This document shows, one piece after another, positions 26,730 to 41,190 of a stretch of 64,000 nt of DNA. How positions within the stretch are numbered: the stretch's first letter is position 1; every line of letters begins with the position of its first letter. The notes below the pieces were generated by a model that was not told the origin of the DNA, did not search any database, and saw nothing but the letters and a program-made list of their open reading frames with translations. This DNA comes from Syncephalis fuscata S228 (lineage: Eukaryota > Fungi > Zoopagomycota), in NCBI GenBank assembly GCA_025786725.1, contig JAHLTZ010000029.1:281597-345596 (forward strand), written 5' to 3'. The position numbers were made by a program, and so were the translations under genes.

Positions 26730-28006
26730 ATGTCGTCATCTTTAGACACCCGTGTAATCTCATCGCCGTTGGCGGCACTTTCGATGGTGGCCACCAGCAG
26801 CTTGGAAGGCAGAGATCTCTACTTTCTAAGCCATGAAGCAAGCCACGCTACTGCCTCAGCACCCGCTTCGCATGCCGGCTCGGCTCCTTCTTCACCATCG
26901 GTTGGTCCTACCCACATGGACGATCTAGGCTATCACCATCGCAAGCGCAAGTGCTTGGCCGCTGAGGACCATTCGCACTTGCCTGAGCGAGCATGGTCTC
27001 CTAAGGCCCGTTCACCTTTAGGACATGTTACCTCTACAGGCAGTGAACGCTTGCCACCCATGTCATCGTGGTCCGATCACGGTAGAAGCAGCAGTGCACG
27101 TGATGATAACCCGTATCCATCTCCGCGTTTGCCTGCCATTCTACCAGCCACGTCATCGGGCAGACACCATCCACACCATTATCACCATCAACAACAACAC
27201 GAGTCTGGTCTACACTCTATGCGATCACAGCATACAGCATCAGGCGGCCTAGCCTCTTTATTGAACCCAACAGATGCCAATACATCGCCTTCACTGCCTA
27301 GATCACATGGATCAAGCGAGTTGTATGCCCCGGCGGCTACACGTCGCGGCTACGGCAACGCCATTATGTCGGGTGGCCATCCAGACTTTGCTACACGCTC
27401 ATCGGCTTCACCGGTCCCAGCTCACCAGGTCGCGATTCACTCTACGGCAATGAATCGCCCAATCGTGCCGGCAGCGTTGACGGTGGCTCACGTTCTGCTA
27501 CACCAACGTCTGGCGGTACTTTGCACATGACGCCAGAAGAGCGCAGACGGCGTCGTCTTGAACGCAATCGTTTAGCAGCTCGTGAATGCCGCCAAAAGAA
27601 GAAGGTATACGTTCAAGAACTAGAGGACCGCATGGAGCGTATGGAGTCGGAAAACCGTCGACTTCGCAAGGAGATTGAAGAGCTAAATGCAAAGCTAACA
27701 CTTGGATCTATGCATTTGGATCGACGAGGTATGTTTGAAGAAGCACGTATGGCAGGTGGCCGACAAGCTACAACGCCTATGGCTACTGATGGTTCAACAA
27801 GTACTGATCGATCCACTGCATCTCCTGTAGCATCGATGGGCACTGATGGTATTGTTCCTACACCTCCACCATCGAATGGATCCTATGTTATGTCACATCC
27901 GGTGGATATACTTTCACGGGACTTGTCTGTCTCGCCAATACTGCCCAAGCCAGTGATTCCATTATCACACGGTCGTCCCCACTCTGACAGCTGGTCATCG
28001 GTTTAA
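26730..28006 (+). CDS. CREB/ATF-family bZIP transcription factor (one apparent frameshift ~27417)
   Basis: RRRRRLERNRLAARECRQKKKVYVQELEDRMERMESENRRLRKEIEELNAKL basic region plus leucine zipper; Ser/Pro/His-rich N-terminus from ATG 26730. Confidence 0.9.
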
Positions 28007-28925
28007 CCGGAGTGAATACAGCCATCCAAACATACACATACACCCCACCCCCCACGATATTCGCTATGACATACATGCATACCCACTATGATATCCGACC
28101 TACAACGACTTCGATAGCAACGACAACTATGTAACGATATATTAATAGTTGTAATAATAGTAGTAGCAATGGCAGCAATACACAATAGCCGCCATTGCAG
28201 TAGAACAAGCGTCATGACCTGCAAGATGAATGATGTGTACATGATCCAATGGTTTTAATCCCCCTTCCCTCCAGTTGGTTGCACGGTTGTTGTCGTTGTT
28301 ATTGTTGTCGTTTTATTAATATATACATATACGATGGTCATTGCGATATTTGGTATTTGTACGATTGCTGTTATTTACCTAATAATTCCACTTTCATCGG
28401 TATTTGCGCGGAAGAGTTATATCTTATTTTTGTCCTTTTTTCTTTCTATTATGCGGGTGTCTATTCTTATCATTGATTGTGTTATGGGAGCCTATTCTTG
28501 TTTCCACATGCTTGAAGGGCGTTTCCAGTTTTGATATACTGTTCATTGAGCTGTGTATGTGCATCTTTGATATACTGCACAACTCAATAACGGACCGCAG
28601 TTTCATTTTACGTTTTCTGTATGCTCTTATCAGCTTCTCTCTAGCGGTTATTCATCCTCATAGACGTGTTTAACACTAAAACAGAAGCGGGAAAACTCCT
28701 GGTATGTATTCACACGACAGAGGAATAAATAGTCTATCTATTACAGCTTTAGTCTACCATCATTAAGTATTGCACTTGTAGTAATGTCAATTAGTTATTC
28801 AATTTATTCATGATCAAAATACATTACAATAACTTGGACACATTAAACACTTTAACATAATAAAAGATATTAGTAGATCTTGTCATATGAATGAGTTCTT
28901 ATTGAAAAATACTGCAGCAAATAGT

Positions 28926-29589
28926 TTAAGACACCAATGCGGCGTTCAATTTTACCAAAGCCTTTTTACACTCGTCAAAGCTTTCTTGGTATTCGCTAGT
29001 ATCCTCTGACTTGCGACCGCCACCACCTGGCACGATCATAACACAGGATGTGGGACGTTTGGTACGGCCAGCAGTGCCTAGATCCTCCTTGGATGGCACG
29101 AAGCAGTATGGAATGCTATTATCTTCGCAAAGGACTGGCAAGTGTGAAATAACATCAATGGGCGAAATATCACCGGCTAGAATAACAACACTAATCAATT
29201 GTATACGATAATAATAGTAATGATAATAGTAATAGTATAATCACAGATTAGTACATTGTTAACCAGCTGATTTATATGCTTGCTTACCCCTTCTCTCCCT
29301 TGCGCAATGCCTTGACGACTTCACGCACACCGCGCTTGACGTGGCGTTGTTTGGCGGCTATTATCGACAAATAAATATATACACATGATTAAATAAATTA
29401 GTATAATAGCCTATACATTTTATACAACAAATAGCTACCTTTCTTAACGGTCTTCAGTAGCTTCTTGTTAAGCTTGTCCTCGGCCAACGGATGAGCAATT
29501 GGCGACGTGAGTAGAACACGATCTGTGACTTCGCTTGGTGTAGTGTCCACCTCCATGGCAGAAGTATCCGTCTTTGATTTTTTGCCCAT
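28926..29589 (-). CDS. NHP2: H/ACA snoRNP subunit Nhp2 (L7Ae family), 3 exons
   Basis: PIAHPLA.DKLNKKLLKTVKK, VKRGVREVVKALRKGEKG, LAGDISPIDVISHLPVLCED and TKRPTSC. Confidence 0.95.
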
Positions 29590-29912
29590 AATGATAGTGA
29601 AAACCGTGAAACTAAACGTGTATACAAATAATTAAGGCTGGTTTCAACAAATACTACAGCTATCGAGTATGCGATAGAGCTGCAAAATTGAGCAAGATCT
29701 TACCTAACGTAACGGATCTACACGATAATAAAAAAGAGAAAGCAAATGTATTGGGTTTTTTTCTTCTTGATTAATTATATTTTTTATTTTCTAAATGGAA
29801 TCGAGTCGACACAACTTGAACTCCATTGGAATCAAAGCATTTTGTATATCGGTGTGTTTTATAGCCATTTTTTTCTTTATATTGTGTCGTAGTACTAAAA
29901 CAACTGAGCGTC

Positions 29913-32900
29913 ATGTCACTAGTACTGGCGGTAGACGACTATGTGGTGCGTTGGTTGGTGGGCCAGCATTCCCGTTGAATTCAAAGTCGACTTATAGTGC
30001 GGCTAGCAGGTTATCTGCTACACGGGCAGCTGTATTTGGTTATCGACAGCTTTATTCAACACTTCAGCAATACGGGCAAGTAATAGTACTATATCACCAA
30101 ATGATATTCAAACTTATCAGTTCTACTAGTTTAAAGAAAGGGATTTGGATTTAGAGAATTTACGGCAGATGCATTAGAAATTTCTCAATTATTGCACACA
30201 TTGGTATGACTATAATTGAAGTAAAAGTGGATTTTAGTTGATTAATTAAATGTATAACGACATAGATCACGGCAAAAGTACATTGGCTGATCGGCTATTG
30301 GAAATGACAGGTAGTTTTACTAATATTTATATAGCGCATCTTGGTTTTAATTGATTTGGTGTTCTAGGCACTATATCGACTCGATCGGCAAACAAACAAG
30401 TACTTGATAAATTGGAAGTTGAGCGTGAACGAGGCATTACAGTCAAGGCACAGGTGCGTGGTTAAGGTAAAAAATAAATACAACTAATGAACTATTAGAC
30501 AGCTTCTATGATTTATGAATACAATGGCAAAAGATATCTTATAAATCTTATTGATACACCGGTAATATAAATAGTTGATATTTAAATGCTACAAAGTGTG
30601 TATACTAATTGTGTTGCGGTAATATTACTTAGGGACATGTTGATTTTAGTTACGAGGTGTCCCGTTCACTTTCAGCATGTCAAGGCACGCTTTTACTAGT
30701 GGATGCATGTCAAGGTATTCAGGCACAGACGGTTGCCAATTTTTATCTTGCGTTTAGCCAGGATTTAAAAATCATTCCTATTGTTAATAAGGTGCGTGAT
30801 GTATTGAAATAGTGTAACTAGCAATATACTAATAAATGCTATTAGATCGATCTTCCTGCAGCTGATCCAGAGCGTATAGCACGTCAAATGGAATCAGCAT
30901 TTGAAATCAAGGCTAATGAAACACTTATGGTAAGCCGCTATTGCTATTTGCTGTTATTGTTATAGTTGTAATGCTGATGCTGCTGTAGGTATCTGCCAAG
31001 ACAGGAATTAACACAGATCAAATACTTCCTGCTGTTATTGAGCGTATTACAAGGTAACCTACATGTACACGATAATATCTATTTTATTTATACTGTTCTA
31101 TTAGTCCTAAGGCAGATCGCACCAAGCCGCTAAAAGCATTACTCTTCGACTCTTGGTATGACAAATACGTGGGTGTTGTTTGCTTAATGGCCATTAAAGA
31201 CGGACAGTTAACGAAAGGTATGCAATGGCTAAATTTATCTACACTACTACAATACAAATTGATAGGTGACCGAATTGTTTCATCCCATACCGAGCATAAA
31301 TACGAAGTGACAGAGGTAATGTTAAATATGTTTATTGATGTTTTTGTTAAATGTAACCATCAATTGGCATGGTATAAAGGTTGGATTGATGTATCCGGAG
31401 CAAATATCAACAAATGCATTGTAGGCTATATAATTATACTTTTAATACAATGCTTTAATATAAATGTATAGGTATGCAGGACAGGTCGGATATGTAGTTT
31501 GCAGTATGAAAAATGCCAAAGAAGCACGTATTGGTGATACATTTTATCGGTTAAAATACCCGGTAGAACCGTTGCCTGGATTTGAGCCAGCCAAATCAAT
31601 GGCAAGTGCGAATAAATGGCATGACTACCTGGATTAATACATGTATTATTAGGTATTTGCTGGCGTATATCCTGTCGATACCGACGATTTCTCCTTGTTA
31701 GAAGAATCGATCACTAAATTGACTTTGAATGACGCTAGTGTCAATGTGCAAAAAGAAACAAGGTGCAAATGAGCAGATAGATTTATATTGTATTATTAAA
31801 CTGTAAATAGTTTGGCCTTAGGACAAGGATGGCGAATCGGATTTCTTGGTACACTCCATTTGGATGTATTTCGACAGCGCTTAGAGCAGGTAATTAGATA
31901 TTATATTTTTAAACTACATAGCCTGGACCAACCTGGCTAATAGGAGTATGCGGCCAATGTTATCATTACACAACCCACTGTACCATATAAAGGTATTGTA
32001 ATGCCATTACATAGATGAGCAATAAAGTAACATCTGTGGTAATATAGTTGTTGATAAATCTGGAAAAGAAACGTTGATTCGTACACCTGCAGATTTTCCT
32101 TCACCAGACGTACTTCCTCACCAGATGTGTGAGCTACAAGAGCCAATGGTATTAGCTACACTGATATTTCCTGCAGAATATCTTGGACAGATGCTTGAGT
32201 TGTGCGGAGTAAGCGGTTTAGTTAATGAAAAAAGAAACGCCAATTTATTCATTGATAGGCAAGACGAGGGGAGCAAAAAGAGTATCAGTATCTAGATGAT
32301 AATCGAGTTATGATTCGGTATACACTTCCATTGGCCGAAATTGTCACCGACTTTTATGATGAACTTAAATCGCGCTCATCTGGATTTGCCAGGTAAAGTG
32401 GCAGCTATTAATAAAGTATTTAATAACCAATATATTTTAGCTTTGACTACGAAGAAGTTGGCTATCAAGTCTCCGACTTGGTAAAGGTAATAATCAGTAT
32501 TTTAGCAGTGTATTCATTATTAACAATAATCTAGATGGATGTACTTTTGAACGGCAAACCAGTCGATGCATTAGCTACAGTGCTACACAGATCACAAATT
32601 CAAGTGGTGGGTCGTGACTGGGCCAAACGGCTAAAAAGTGTTATTCAGCGGTAAGTTAAAGTTGGACTACAATGTATATCACTTGATTAACATTTAATTA
32701 GACAACTATTTGAAGTTGCCATTCAAACTGCAGTTGGCAATCGAGTTATTGCAAGAGAAACGCAAGTATAGACTAATTGATACACACACATATATATAAC
32801 ATTAATCGATAATTGCCACTAGTGTGCCAGCTATGCGTAAAAACGTTACTGCAAAATGTGTAAGTAATAGCACTATAAACTTAAATAGCATAATTAACAA

Positions 32901-33054
32901 TTGATTGTAGTACGGTGGTGATGTTACACGTAAAATGAAGTTACTAAACAAACAACGTGAAGGCAAAAAGCGCATGAAACGGTTGGGATCGGTCGATTTA
33001 CCTCAAGAAGCATTTTATACATTAATGAACAAGGATGGCATTGGCAAGAAATAA
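29913..33054 (+). CDS. GUF1: Mitochondrial translation factor GUF1/LepA (EF4), about 20 introns; start approximate
   Basis: [54 protein letters not shown] and [19 protein letters not shown]. Confidence 0.95.
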
Positions 33055-33314
33055 TAATAATAATAATAACATCGTTGCTTTATAATTCATTGTACATTTG
33101 ATTTGATTTCAACAGTTGATGCAATTGATTAAAACCCATATAAATTACATTTTACAAATAATGTATGATTGCTTCAATATAGGCCTTGCAAAAGCGAACA
33201 ACGAAAGGCTTACGTATTGATTGTTACACGAATAAACGCAGTACATACAAAACAATACGTAAACTGCATGGAAGCCTAGACATTAATATCATACTTTTCA
33301 TTCACTTGTCAACC

Positions 33315-34846
33315 ATGTTGAAATCACCATGCAGTGTTGTGCTAACAACTCAGCTACAGAAATGTACACAGCCGTGTCAGAAAACTGGTAACATAGAGTT
33401 GTGTTTAGGCAATCCTTTGGAATTGCAGCCTGACAATTTGCATGAAGAAGAAAAAGAAGAAACAGAAGAAGAGACAGAAGAAGAGGCAGAAGTAGAAAAA
33501 GTAGAAGAGGAAGTAGAAGAGGAAGTGGAAAGTGACCAGGCAAAGAAAGACCGTGCATTACAACGACTATTATATGCCGTTCATAGCACGCTAGATATAA
33601 GATACGAAGAGTTTTTTACCAACCATATTGTACATAACTTATATACACTTGCTGAACTAGGCGGTAAATAGGTTTAATTTGCGTATTGATTAAGTAACTA
33701 ATCATTATATAACAGCTGACCATGAACGATTAGCCGGATGTTATCGTCACAAGAGAAAGCGTGTTTGGCGTTTACAACAACCAAAAGAGTTTTTAGCACC
33801 AGAAGATCCACATGAACATATTGAAGATCCAAGGTAAATGATTTGAATATTACCGAATTAAAGGCTAATACTATTGATTAGATACTATTCTACCTTTTTA
33901 CGGTTCTATGAGCAAAAAATTGAAGAATTAGGATTTGACGAAACATTTAACCAATTTATACACCAAGCCTTTTCTGGATTATTAGGTGCAGTTGGTCATC
34001 CAGCCATTCATTTAGGATATGCGACGCGCTATCGCAATCCAATTATTTGGCCGAAGCATTTGCCTATGCTAATTGCGCGGATCAATCAGCCACTCCATTG
34101 TCCAATGAATTCTACAAAAATCACAGCGATTATTCTAAAAATGACGTGGCTTTTCGCAGTGTACTAGAAACAATCCAAAAAGACAGTCGTTATGATGACG
34201 TTGACTGGTATGACGAACAAATCTTATTGTTAATACCCCCCATGTTGGCCACCCATAAAACTATAGTTCGTGAGCATTTTCTATCGGCCACAATTAATGA
34301 AGGTAAATCTAATTTACAATATGTAATATTTTTGTTAATTGCTACTGCATTAGATAACTTGCAGGAACGTCTACGAGAGCTGCAGCTGCTTTCAGTGGAA
34401 TGTATATTGGCACATCACGTAACAACCTATTTGACTTTTTTATTGCGCATATTCTTACCACAAGCAATGGCATTGACTTTTTCTACTCAATGCTACCGCC
34501 ACATCTTCAGCTTAGTTTGATACGCTCATTATGGCTACACACCGTTATTGTTTATATTTGTCAAGCCAGGCCTACCTTTGACCAGGAACTAGTGCTGGAA
34601 CCATTTCGAGATGAAGTACTCTATTCGTGGCCCAATATTATTAAAAAGACCGTGGATCATATGGACGAGCACACACCAAAGATAGTCGAGGTGATGGGCA
34701 TTTTCGAAAAGAGATACGGCTATTGCAATGGTAAATGGCGTGCTACAGCAGCTGCCACTTGTACACTTGTGGACCTCGAATATAAATGGTGTTACATAGG
34801 TCTAGGCATAGGCGATAGCGAACTTGTTCCATCATCAACTAAATAA
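33315..34846 (+). CDS. Questin oxidase-like / HypA (DUF4243) protein, paralog 1, with an acidic N-terminal tract; frameshift ~34047
   Basis: FTNHIVHNLYTLAELG, GAVGHPAIHLGYA, LAEAFAYA, DFFIAHILTT and DEHTPK. Confidence 0.8.
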
Positions 34847-34966
34847 AAACAATTACGTCAACAGATTATAGCTTTATCCCTTAATTCTTTTCTTTTATTA
34901 CTAAAATACCAATAGCTTAACTATTGCGCCTTTAAAACGAAGAATTGTTTATTATTAGCTAGCCCA

Positions 34967-36462
34967 ATGTTTGGTTTGAAACATCTTAAACATATTCCTG
35001 TGAAATCATTTGTTTATCCACAAATGAAATTAATAAGCACTTGGCAACATGGCAGCAACCTAGCTCGTTTGCATTCTCGTTTATTATCACCAGCTACCCA
35101 GCTTATACCGATCGCTAATATGAGCACCAACAACGATGCTAGCGCGCAAAAAATGCTACATAGGCTAATTGCCAAGAATGATAGTGAGTTTGATATTTCA
35201 TATAACAACTATCTTGCCAATCATATGGTCCATCATCTATATTCATTGTACGCACTTGGAGGTAAGTGATTATCTGCTAGATGATGTCGATAATGCACTA
35301 ATACAAAGACACATTAGCTGATGCTAAGCGACTCGAACGCGCTATGAACACTGGAAGTGAAGAGTTAGAGCCATTGTCTAAACCAACAATCACCATTACA
35401 GCTGATAATTGGAAGGACCATTTTAGCGATCTCAAGTAAGTTCAGGGACATTAAATATTATTTATGTACTTATGGCTTTATTCATAACATTCTAGATTAT
35501 ACACAGATTATTTACAATTTTTTCATAAGGAGGTTGATAGGTTAGGCAAAGAAAAGGCGTTTGATATCTATGTGCCACAGTTGCTTGTTGGTGCTGTTGG
35601 TGCTGCTGGTCACCCGTTGATTCATTTGGGCTATGCTATAGAGTTTGACGATACTACTGTACTTGCTGAGGCATTAGCTTACGCCTGTGCTCGGCGAGTA
35701 CCCATGGAGGATGTCGTTGATGGCACATATTCATCTATGCTTGAACAAGGTAGAGATGACACACAAATTCTTGATGTCATTACACTAGTTTCAGCCGATA
35801 GACGACTCGATGTTATTCCCTGGGATCATGGAAGATTAGGCCGGAAAATTCAATCAATTTTTGAACTTTGCCGTACTAATGTTACTGATTATTTTAATCG
35901 TATTTTAATAACAGAAGGTAAGCGTATTAATAACACAGTTGTTTTGACCATTTATTTATTGTATTTATTGGATAAATTAGACAACGTTGATGCTCGGTTA
36001 GACGAGCTTTTCAACGCAGCTGTAACCGTCTATGCTGGCACAGCTTATGAAAACCAGCCAGACTTTTTTCTTTTACACGGCGTTACTTCATTGCACGCGA
36101 CCCGTGTTCTTTATAATCGGCTGCCGATTAAAGAGCGAGTACGACTAGTACGTGCTGAATGGCTTTTCCTGTTGGTTGCATATATTGGTCAGGGCCGTCC
36201 TATAATTCAGCTTGATCAGATGATTGAACCTTATCGGCATAATCACCCCTGGTCACAGATTATCGCCGAAAGTATGGCCACGGATGACCAACACACGCCA
36301 AAGCTTGTTTATGCAATGAAATGTGCCGAACAAGCTTACGGCGATAAACACGGCCAATGGCGCGCAACAGCCGCTCTTACCACGGCAACAATTAAAAGTC
36401 AAAAAGATTGGCAGTTCCACGGACATGGACAACAACTTAAAAATACCACTAAGAGCGAATAA
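34967..36462 (+). CDS. Questin oxidase-like / HypA (DUF4243) protein, paralog 2
   Basis: LANHMVHHLYSLYALG, GAAGHPLIHLGYAIEF, LAEALAYA, DFFLLHGVTSLHA and DQHTPKLV; intron positions match paralog 1. Confidence 0.85.
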
Positions 36463-37106
36463 TCAAATGGCACTTGGATGCAATTATCAATACCATTCTA
36501 CACTTTGGTTTTATGCTTAACAATAGCTATGCATCGATATACAATATTAATAAGCAGTAGTTCAGTATATTTTTAATCTTTAATTTTAATCAATAAATGT
36601 ATGGTTTTACTAACAAGTAAACTACACTATTTTTTTAGTGCAGTCGTTGCTTCTTGAAGTTGGTGCATTAATTTGGTCTCATCAATACGATGCTGCACCA
36701 AATGCTTTCCATTGAGATGTACTACCTGTTACAGAATATAAATAAAGCTTTTCAAGATGTACTGCCAGCTTACCGGTATATCAAACATGTATATTTGATG
36801 TGCCTCGTTGCCTTCTGCGTAAATGTCGACTTGTTCAAGTTCAAATGGAATCTAGACGACGTCAGCTGTCATATAAAAGTGCTCAGGTCAATGACTACAT
36901 ACCTTTTTCTGAACACGGTCTAATGATTCCTTAGCTTCAACGCAAAGTTGACAGGTACGAGAAGTATACAAGGTCAGGCGAAGGGCCTGACGACGCACAA
37001 CAGAAGCAAACATAGCTACGAAAGAATCTTTAAATGGTCACGAGTAGAAAGACCTTTACGCCATATTTAATTCTTTTTCCTTAGTAGTATTCATTATAAA
37101 AACACT

Positions 37107-38047
37107 ATGAGCCATTCAACTCACAACAACACTATGCGGGCTTTATTTATCGGCCTAGTTGCCGTGGCCGGTGCCGCTTTGACTTACCGTCTAATTACTA
37201 CCTTGCCAGGATTCCATTTACCAGCAACGTTGGAAGAAGTAAAAGAACAGGCTCACATTCTGCACCAGTTGCAAACCAACGAGCCGGCTCATGTTATGGC
37301 TGCCTTTATTGCTATATATTTGTTTAAACAAACATTCGCTATTCCTGGCTCTTTTCTACTGGTAAGTAAAAGAAGTAAAAATAGCACTGACTACTAATCC
37401 TAACGCACTAACCGACCAACAATCCTATTATTAATATCATACAGAATATTTTAGCCGGTGCCATCTTTGGTCGGTCTGGCTTTCTATTTGTTTGCCCACT
37501 GACGGCTATCGGTGCTTCGTTCTGCTATTTACTATCGTCTATTGCGGGTGGCCCACTTATAGAGCGATATATGGCACACCGGCTCAATAAAATGCGCGTG
37601 TCCATTGAATCACGACGCGCCGATCTCATCTACTATCTTATTTGTCTGCGACTGTTTCCATTTACTCCTAATTGGTAAGTAAATATTTATATTAACATAA
37701 CAGCACTTTAATAATATTGTAACAGGCTAGTCAATATTGCATCACCACATATTGGCGTGCCACTTTCTCAGTTCTTTTTCAGCATGCTTATTGGTAAGTA
37801 AATGCTTTATAGATTCAGATGTTTATCAATAACGATGGCAATGGTGTTAGGTTCAATGCCATATAATTTTGTTAGTTCTCAGTCAGGTATGATGCTAAGA
37901 GAGATTACAAGCATTAGCGACGTGATGAAGCCATCAACTTTGATTATGCTATCGTTAATATCGCTAGCAGCCTTGCTACCAGCTCTATTTCGTAAACGTG
38001 TTCAAGCCTGGATGGAGCCTAAAGAAAACATATTGCATCAAGATTAA
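37107..38047 (+). CDS. TMEM41/DedA (SNARE-associated Golgi, VTT domain) membrane protein
   Basis: YLFKQTFAIPGSFLLNILAGAIFG and LRLFPFTPNWLVNIASP. Confidence 0.9.
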
Positions 38048-39309
38048 TATTTGTGGTTTTTATTAATAAATAATTGAATTTATAGACCATTTGCCTACCA
38101 ATAAACATGTTAAACATACTAGAAAGTGGCGTATCAATATGTTTGGTGATGCAATATTGACTAGTCTGTTGCATTTTATAAACAAATTACTGAATATTTA
38201 TATTGATTTAGATCAAATGGCTACATTTGATAGTATTTGCGTAATTAAACTAGATTTTTTATTATTAAATATAATGATATGTGGTAAGTGGCACTAAAGT
38301 TTAAAATACTCATTAGCATAAATTTATTATCTAGTATGCATATATTTTCTATTTATTTCTACTTCATTTCACATTACCATATATCACTCTATAGTATGCC
38401 AAACGCGCTCTATTGCTTATATACTTCAATATACTTTACTCATTCCACTCATTACGTTATATGCACTATATATATATATATATATATATTATCATTATAT
38501 ACTCATCTAGCCTTCTTTTATTCAAAACTACTTTTATTTTTTGTTTTAGCGTTATTATTATAAATGTCGACTAATGTCGGTCATCTGCTCATGCATACAT
38601 ACTCAATAACTTGAACATTGCTAATTTCGTTCAATATTGCATATTCATTATAATGTTTATCGTTTTATTATATATTGGCTATACACTGTCTATAGCCGTT
38701 GTCAGTATGGTTCCAACTCTTTTATTAATAAAAATTGACATATCGCGCTTAGTCTGTTCACTGAGTTATATTGATAAAACAAACAATACGAATATGAACA
38801 GAGTTATATTTTATTAAGATTATTTATAAACAAACTAGATCATGTCGATTAGTTATGATTTTAATGTTAATCAAGAAAAGTGATGAGTATAGATGGTAAT
38901 AACACATACTGTGATGATATATGTATATTGGATAACAAATCTGTGATGATGAGTATTTGATGATTGATGTCAGTCACCACCCACCATCATATTCAATAAA
39001 ACAAATGTTATTGAATTTAGTTATTTGACCACAAATTATACTAAATGATTAATAAATTGTTTAATATTAATGTAATAAAAAATAAGTTTATTGCTATTTT
39101 TATTAAAATATATAGTGCGACAGCATCTGTCTTGAGTGTAATTACAATGTGTTAATAGATCTAGTGACTAAATATTCTTTTCAAGTAATGAAACTCATTT
39201 ATTATGATGAGCAGACAATGGTTGTCTAACTTGGTTTATACTATTTTACTGTATCAGTACAAAATAACACAGAACAATCAGCTAGACTATGTTAAGGAAC
39301 TATCGTAGA

Positions 39310-41190
39310 TGCGTAATGTTCTAAACCGTCTAACTATTCAAAAATAGCCAAACTATTTTATTTTTAGAAATACTACCGGAAATACATAGAGAAATAGTAT
39401 AGCTAACCAATCACCTATTGAGGTGTTACAGCTATATAGCCATAATACATAATACACTTTTACAAATTATTGCCGTAATATTAGTAATACTTGTAAATAC
39501 TCACAGAAATAAAACTATTTGCAGCATATAAAAGCTAAATTTTTAACCATTTTAGCAACCCAATAGAAACGCTTACTATTTGGTTTTGTGCAATAAGCTA
39601 ATAGTTAAAACAGGAGTGCAGTCTAATTCTGGTTTATGTATAAATACCAGTTCAAATCCTTGATATGCATATTGGCTTGTAGAGTACAAAATCTCAACTC
39701 TTTTACACTTCTCACTACAACGTTTTATTTAATACATTATATCCATATATCTACATTGCATTAACTGACAGCATAGCTAACAGTAATATTGCTTTAGAAA
39801 TGAGCATATCAAACCATGAAAGCACCACTGATTTATATATGATGGACGTTCACAATATTTTTGGGAGCAATTTCTTTAGTCTGGAAGTGGAACGAAAACA
39901 ACTAATGTATATATGGGCTGAGACTGCGATTCACGTTATTATGAGCTATGTTCAAGCGCGCAACATCAATACGCCCTTCGACTAGTTATAGAACAGCCGC
40001 AAGCACTTGCGAGATGGTGTTGTTTGTACCTTCAGTTTTATGTATTAGTATATCAATACCTACAATTATGTTCAGCTTTGTCAATGTATTTCATCTAAAT
40101 ATACTATCAGTTTATTCCGGATGGGCCTTTCCCATCTCCATTATGTGCTACAGCATAGCTTTATTGCAGAAGGCATACATGATGTCGCATAAAAAACACT
40201 GGATACTTGTAATAGGTATACTATTAATTGTCCTACAAACGATAGCGCCCGTTATGATGTTAAACCTTGTTATTTTTAATATTGATTATCATCACCATAA
40301 TATTATCTATTACACATGGGACTATATTTTGCTATGGCTCTGTACGTCTGTAGCTGTCAATCTATTTCTTTCGTTGGTATTCAGCTACATGGCATATAAG
40401 CAATATCGCATATTTGGCTCTAAGACCTGGAAGTATTAGCTAATGATGGCATTCAATACATGTGCCTTGTTATGCTTTGTAATATACTATGTACCGTTAT
40501 AATGCTTTTTAATAACGTCTTGGATACTGTTACACTATCCTATTTTATTGAATGGTAAGTTTAGTTAGCTATAATATCCTGCTCTATATTTACTTGAAAT
40601 TATCACAGTTCAATCTGCTCAACTATTCTGATCGAAAATTGCCGTAGGACACGCCATATATTAAGTGAGGCTAATTGCCCAAAAACCGAAAGAATGCTTC
40701 GTATTTCGCAAATACCATCGCCAATCTATGAGACAACAAATGTTGCTGTAGCCAACCTGCCAACACTTATGCCGCATTATAATTAATATATCTAGGACAA
40801 TTGATAATTTTGGAAATGGTTGCATTGTCAATAAACTAGCTTCAATGATTGATAAACACCCTGACATAAGTGCTATTATAGCACGTAGATGTCTGCAAGT
40901 GTTTAATTGCATGAACTGGCACAAGGCTTTTTTAAATATACTTAGCCAGTTAATATTGAATAATAATCAGACACACACTACAATATTCTGCGTCTTCTGA
41001 TATAATTAGGAACATTTAAGCATACAAATAAACTATTCAGTTATTCTAAATAATGATACCTTGTTTGATGCTATTAATACGCAATAATGAATAGCATACT
41101 GCTGTATTAATTCGTCATATAGATTCAGAATAGTAAACAAATGCCACAATATTTGATTGATATTTACAGCTATTTTATATTTAATCAAAC
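39310..41190 (+). repeat. Dispersed direct duplication, copy 1 (7-TM gene plus flanks)
   Basis: Aligns by eye with ~60870-62744 and is near-identical from ~40543 to 41190. Confidence 0.9.
39800..40786 (+). pseudogene. Orphan 7-TM (GPCR-like) protein, copy 1; four 1-nt deletions relative to copy 2 (pseudogene or assembly errors); intron 40555-40608
   Basis: Colinear with 61346-62334; indels near 39972, 40027, 40437 and 40765. Confidence 0.65.

Noticed and set aside
27400-27530. Frame break in the bZIP gene as a HAC1/XBP1-type IRE1 intron or a programmed frameshift
   Set aside because: The break lies upstream of the bZIP domain, whereas IRE1 introns lie downstream. The basic region is CREB-like, and one missing C in a CCC run explains the break, consistent with the window-wide indel errors.
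30076-30160. Additional GC donor in the first GUF1 intron
   Set aside because: An adjacent GT donor (CAA|GTAATA) or a local indel explains the frame equally well, so it was not counted.
38090-39300. Hydrophobic short ORFs in very AT-rich DNA
   Set aside because: Ile/Phe/Tyr-rich translations are expected from AT-rich non-coding sequence, and there is no splice or motif support.
40661-40924. ORFs in the conserved 3' flank of the duplication (also 62353-62553)
   Set aside because: The ORFs are not preserved on the same strand and frame in both copies; the conservation reflects recent copying.
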